Shown here piece after piece: positions 34,951-37,825 of a DNA stretch of 37,825 bases. Position 1 is the stretch's first letter, and each line of letters starts with the position of its first letter. Under the pieces are notes generated by a model that was not told the origin of the DNA, did not search any database, and was given only the letters and a program-made list of their open reading frames with translations. Source of the stretch: Chiloscyllium plagiosum. Its lineage: Eukaryota. Where the stretch lies: NCBI RefSeq assembly GCF_004010195.1, contig NC_057719.1:47477501-47515325 (forward strand), read 5' to 3'. The translations under genes and the position numbers were made by a program.

Positions 34951-35649
34951 ACTGATATAATCTGGCGAGAGACCAGCAACCTTTTATTTTTAAAACAGAC
35001 TGTGAACCTAGTGAGAGAGTAAAGCCACTTTGTTTGAGTAACTAGCAAACTTAACTATACAAGATTAGAACAATAATACAACCTAGAATACATGTGCTAA
35101 CATCCAGAATTAACAACAGATGATAAATATGGGTAATAGTGATCAAAACACCCCGATAGTGCACGTCAACTAACAAATGCAATTGAGACTGATCTGACAG
35201 TTTTTTTCCATGGGTTGGAAAGAGATAATGTTATAACATAAAATGTCAACAAATCTCATTTAAGCTTTAGGTTTGTAAGTTTTTACCTTGAAAAACGTTC
35301 TCAAAAGCTTTTCCATGTACTGCCTCCACTGTTTCTCTCTGGTTGCTCATTCTCCTTTCCTATACCTGTTGCTCCCTTGATTGCAAAGCTGCATTCCAGT
35401 ACTTATTTCGGGCTGCAATTTCAGCTTGTCTGCAGCTTCCAAGCTGTCGTCTTGCCCAGCTACATGAAGCAAATACTACTTGAGCTTTTCAACCCCCCCA
35501 TTCTCGGCTGCATTGAAGTTTGACGTACAGGTTCTGCTGAACTGCCAGTGTTTCCAGGACTCTCTTGGGCTCTGACTGACTCCAATACCTAGCTGTCTGT
35601 CAGCTGCTAATATTTCATACTGTTCTAACAGCAACAGAGATATTCATCT

Positions 35650-36300
35650 TTTCCATGTTGATCTGTACTTTTCCAGGTGATGTTTAACCTTGTCCTGAAT
35701 AACTATTCCTACATGTTCCCCCAGCATCAAAGTTAAACTGTTCTGTAAATGCTGGGCTTACCTTTATATTCCTGTTCAAAAAAAGTTGCTATGTTTGCAA
35801 TTCTCCAATCCTCTGGCACTACCCCAAGTCCTTGAATCCTCTATTACTTTGTTTCTCCAGCACTGCAGTGCCCTTCTTGATTTCATGCACCTGTCCTCTT
35901 CCCTTTTTTCCCATCTTTTCAGAATACCTTGCTAATGCCTTTCTTTGAGCCAGGACTTTATCGCCACAGCATCATGACCATTTATGTCTGTAATTCACTA
36001 ATCTTATTAACTATACTACGTACATTCACATGCTGTGTAGTATTGAATTGGACCTTACTTTCTCTTATTTAGACTTCATCTATTATCTTGACATTCTCAG
36101 TTGTAGAACTAGATTGCACAATGATTTTATGCATCCTGGTGTTACTACTTTCATGTATTTTCCAGAGTATCAACCCCTGCTGAGTTTGTATAATCCATCC
36201 CAAACAACTTTAAAGCCTCTTCAGGGAACGCTCTTGTGGTTCTGGTCAGGTGCAACCTGTCTGACTTGTATCAGTGCCACTTCCCCGAGCCTGTCTCAGT
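35650..36300 (-). mobile_element. Highly decayed CR1 fragments
   Basis: gcaattctccaatcctctggcact reads VPEDWRIA on the minus strand; other CR1-like pieces nearby. Confidence 0.5.
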
Positions 36301-36989
36301 AATCTAAAATCTGAGTTTTAAAATTCAGATTGTTGGTTTGGTTTGCCCTGTACACTCTCGTCCTTAAAAAAAAGAACTTGTAACAGCTTAATCTGTATTG
36401 TCACCCCTTCCCTTTGTTCTTCCTTTCCTGCTTACTGAACACCACCTATCCTGGAAGATTTAATACACAAATTTGCCCTTGTTTGACGAGGTTTTGTTAT
36501 CTCACATTATCAATAGGCAATGCGATGGGATTTATTAACAAATTCAGTATGCGTGTGATCCATAGTAACAGTGATGATCATTTGACTATCACATTTATTT
36601 TGAGGGCAAGAAAAGTAGATCTAACATCAGTGTTTGAATTTCAATAAGTACAATTACTTGGGCATGAGGACTGAATTCACTGAAGTGAACTGGCAAGTTT
36701 AAGTTATGGGAATACTCTGTACAGTATACTAGAGAATCGCCTTATACTCAAAGTGCACCTAGTGGAAAAGAAGGATTTACAAGGGAAAAGTATGTAGTCT
36801 GTGGCTAAGTAATGATATTAAGGATAGTATCAAATAGGAAGAAAAATAATTGTGCAATGATCAGTAGAAAATCAAAATTGAACCACAAAGTTGATCTATC
36901 AGATTAATAAGGGTGTAATTAAGGGTAGTATAAGAGAACTAACTAGAAGTATAAAAACAGAGGTAGATAGGTATTGTGCAGGCATTTGA

Positions 36990-37300
36990 AAAGAATCATG
37001 GAATCTCTATCTGTGCAAAGAGGTCATTCAGCCCATCGAATCTATACCAACCATCAGAGCCTCCCACCCAATTCCCACAACCCCACATTTACATGGCCAA
37101 TCTACATGATTTACACATCCTTGGGAGCTACAGAGCAATTGAACATGGCCAATCCACCTTACTTGGACGTCTTTGGAGACTGGAACACCTAGTACAAACC
37201 CACACATTGGAGGAACGTACAAACTCCACACAAACGTGCACATAAGGCTGGAATTGAATTTAATTCCCTGATGCTGAGGCAACACTAAGCCACTGTGGAC
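36990..37300 (-). mobile_element. HE1/V-SINE-like tRNA-derived SINE
   Basis: Reverse complement has cacagtggcttagtgttgcctcagc head, tgtgtggagtttgtacgttcctcc and aggtggattggccatg V-domain-like blocks, and a CR1-type tail. Confidence 0.75.
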
Positions 37301-37556
37301 CTGTTGTGCTGATTGGAGACTCTAGTTAGAAGGAGCAATCTTCTGTCCAGGTTTATACATGATGAATTTAATCTGGAGAGTTAAAGGTTTAGATGGAGAG
37401 GAATTAGTGTGTACAAGACAATGCCACTGTGGACCTGTTGTGCTGATTGGAGACTCTAGTTAGAAGGAGCAATCTTCTGTCCAGGTTTATACATGATGAA
37501 TTTAATCTGGAGAGTTAAAGGTTTAGATGGAGAGGAATTAGTGTGTACAAGACAAT
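37289..37556. repeat. Perfect 134-bp tandem duplication
   Basis: 37289-37422 is identical to 37423-37556. Confidence 0.95.
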
Positions 37557-37825
37557 TTTCTGATTCAGTATGTGGATGTACCTACTAGAGAAGGTGCAAA
37601 ACTCGACCTACTCCTTGGGAAATAAGGCAGGGCAGGTGACTGAGGTGTCAGTGGGGGAGCACTTTGGGGCCAGCGACCATAATTCTATTCGTTTTAAAAT
37701 AGTGATGGAAAAGGATAGACCAGATCTAAAAGTTGAAGTTCTAAATTGGAGAAAGGCCAATTTTGACGGTATTAGGCAAGAACTTTCGAAAGCTGATTGG
37801 AGGCAGATGTTCACAGGTAAAGGGA
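37514..37825 (+). mobile_element. CR1 ORF2 endonuclease region running off the window end
   Basis: VKGLDGEE..QDNFLIQYVDVPTREGAKLDL / GNKAGQVTEVSVGEHFGASDHNSIRF (APE SDH motif); small frameshifts. Confidence 0.92.

Noticed and set aside
1..37825. CRISPR array or prokaryotic system
   Set aside because: No regularly spaced repeat-spacer array; the sequence is a vertebrate intron landscape

Overview
Vertebrate genomic DNA, almost certainly from a cartilaginous fish (shark), judged from the repeat families present (HE1/V-SINE-like, Deu-domain SINE, abundant CR1 LINEs, Penelope-like elements). The window lies inside the SAMD4A (Smaug homolog 1) gene on the + strand. It has one recognisable coding exon (15819-16334, 516 nt, phase 1-1, AG/GT flanked) between introns of at least 15.8 kb and at least 21.5 kb. 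The rest is intronic: nested CR1/L2 fragments, tRNA-derived SINEs, microsatellites and two N-gaps. Two things stand out. (1) Three distinct Penelope-like element (PLE) families are present, each with its own minimal hammerhead-ribozyme motif. Each occurs both as a longer GIY-YIG/RT remnant and as short fold-back (palindromic) mini-elements. (2) The lone SAMD4A exon appears to be the orthologue of the mammalian circSAMD4A exon. It is bracketed by inverted copies of these PLE termini and would form a stop-free, in-frame circle if back-spliced. Repeat boundaries are approximate (read by eye) and family names rest on remembered consensus motifs, not a database search.
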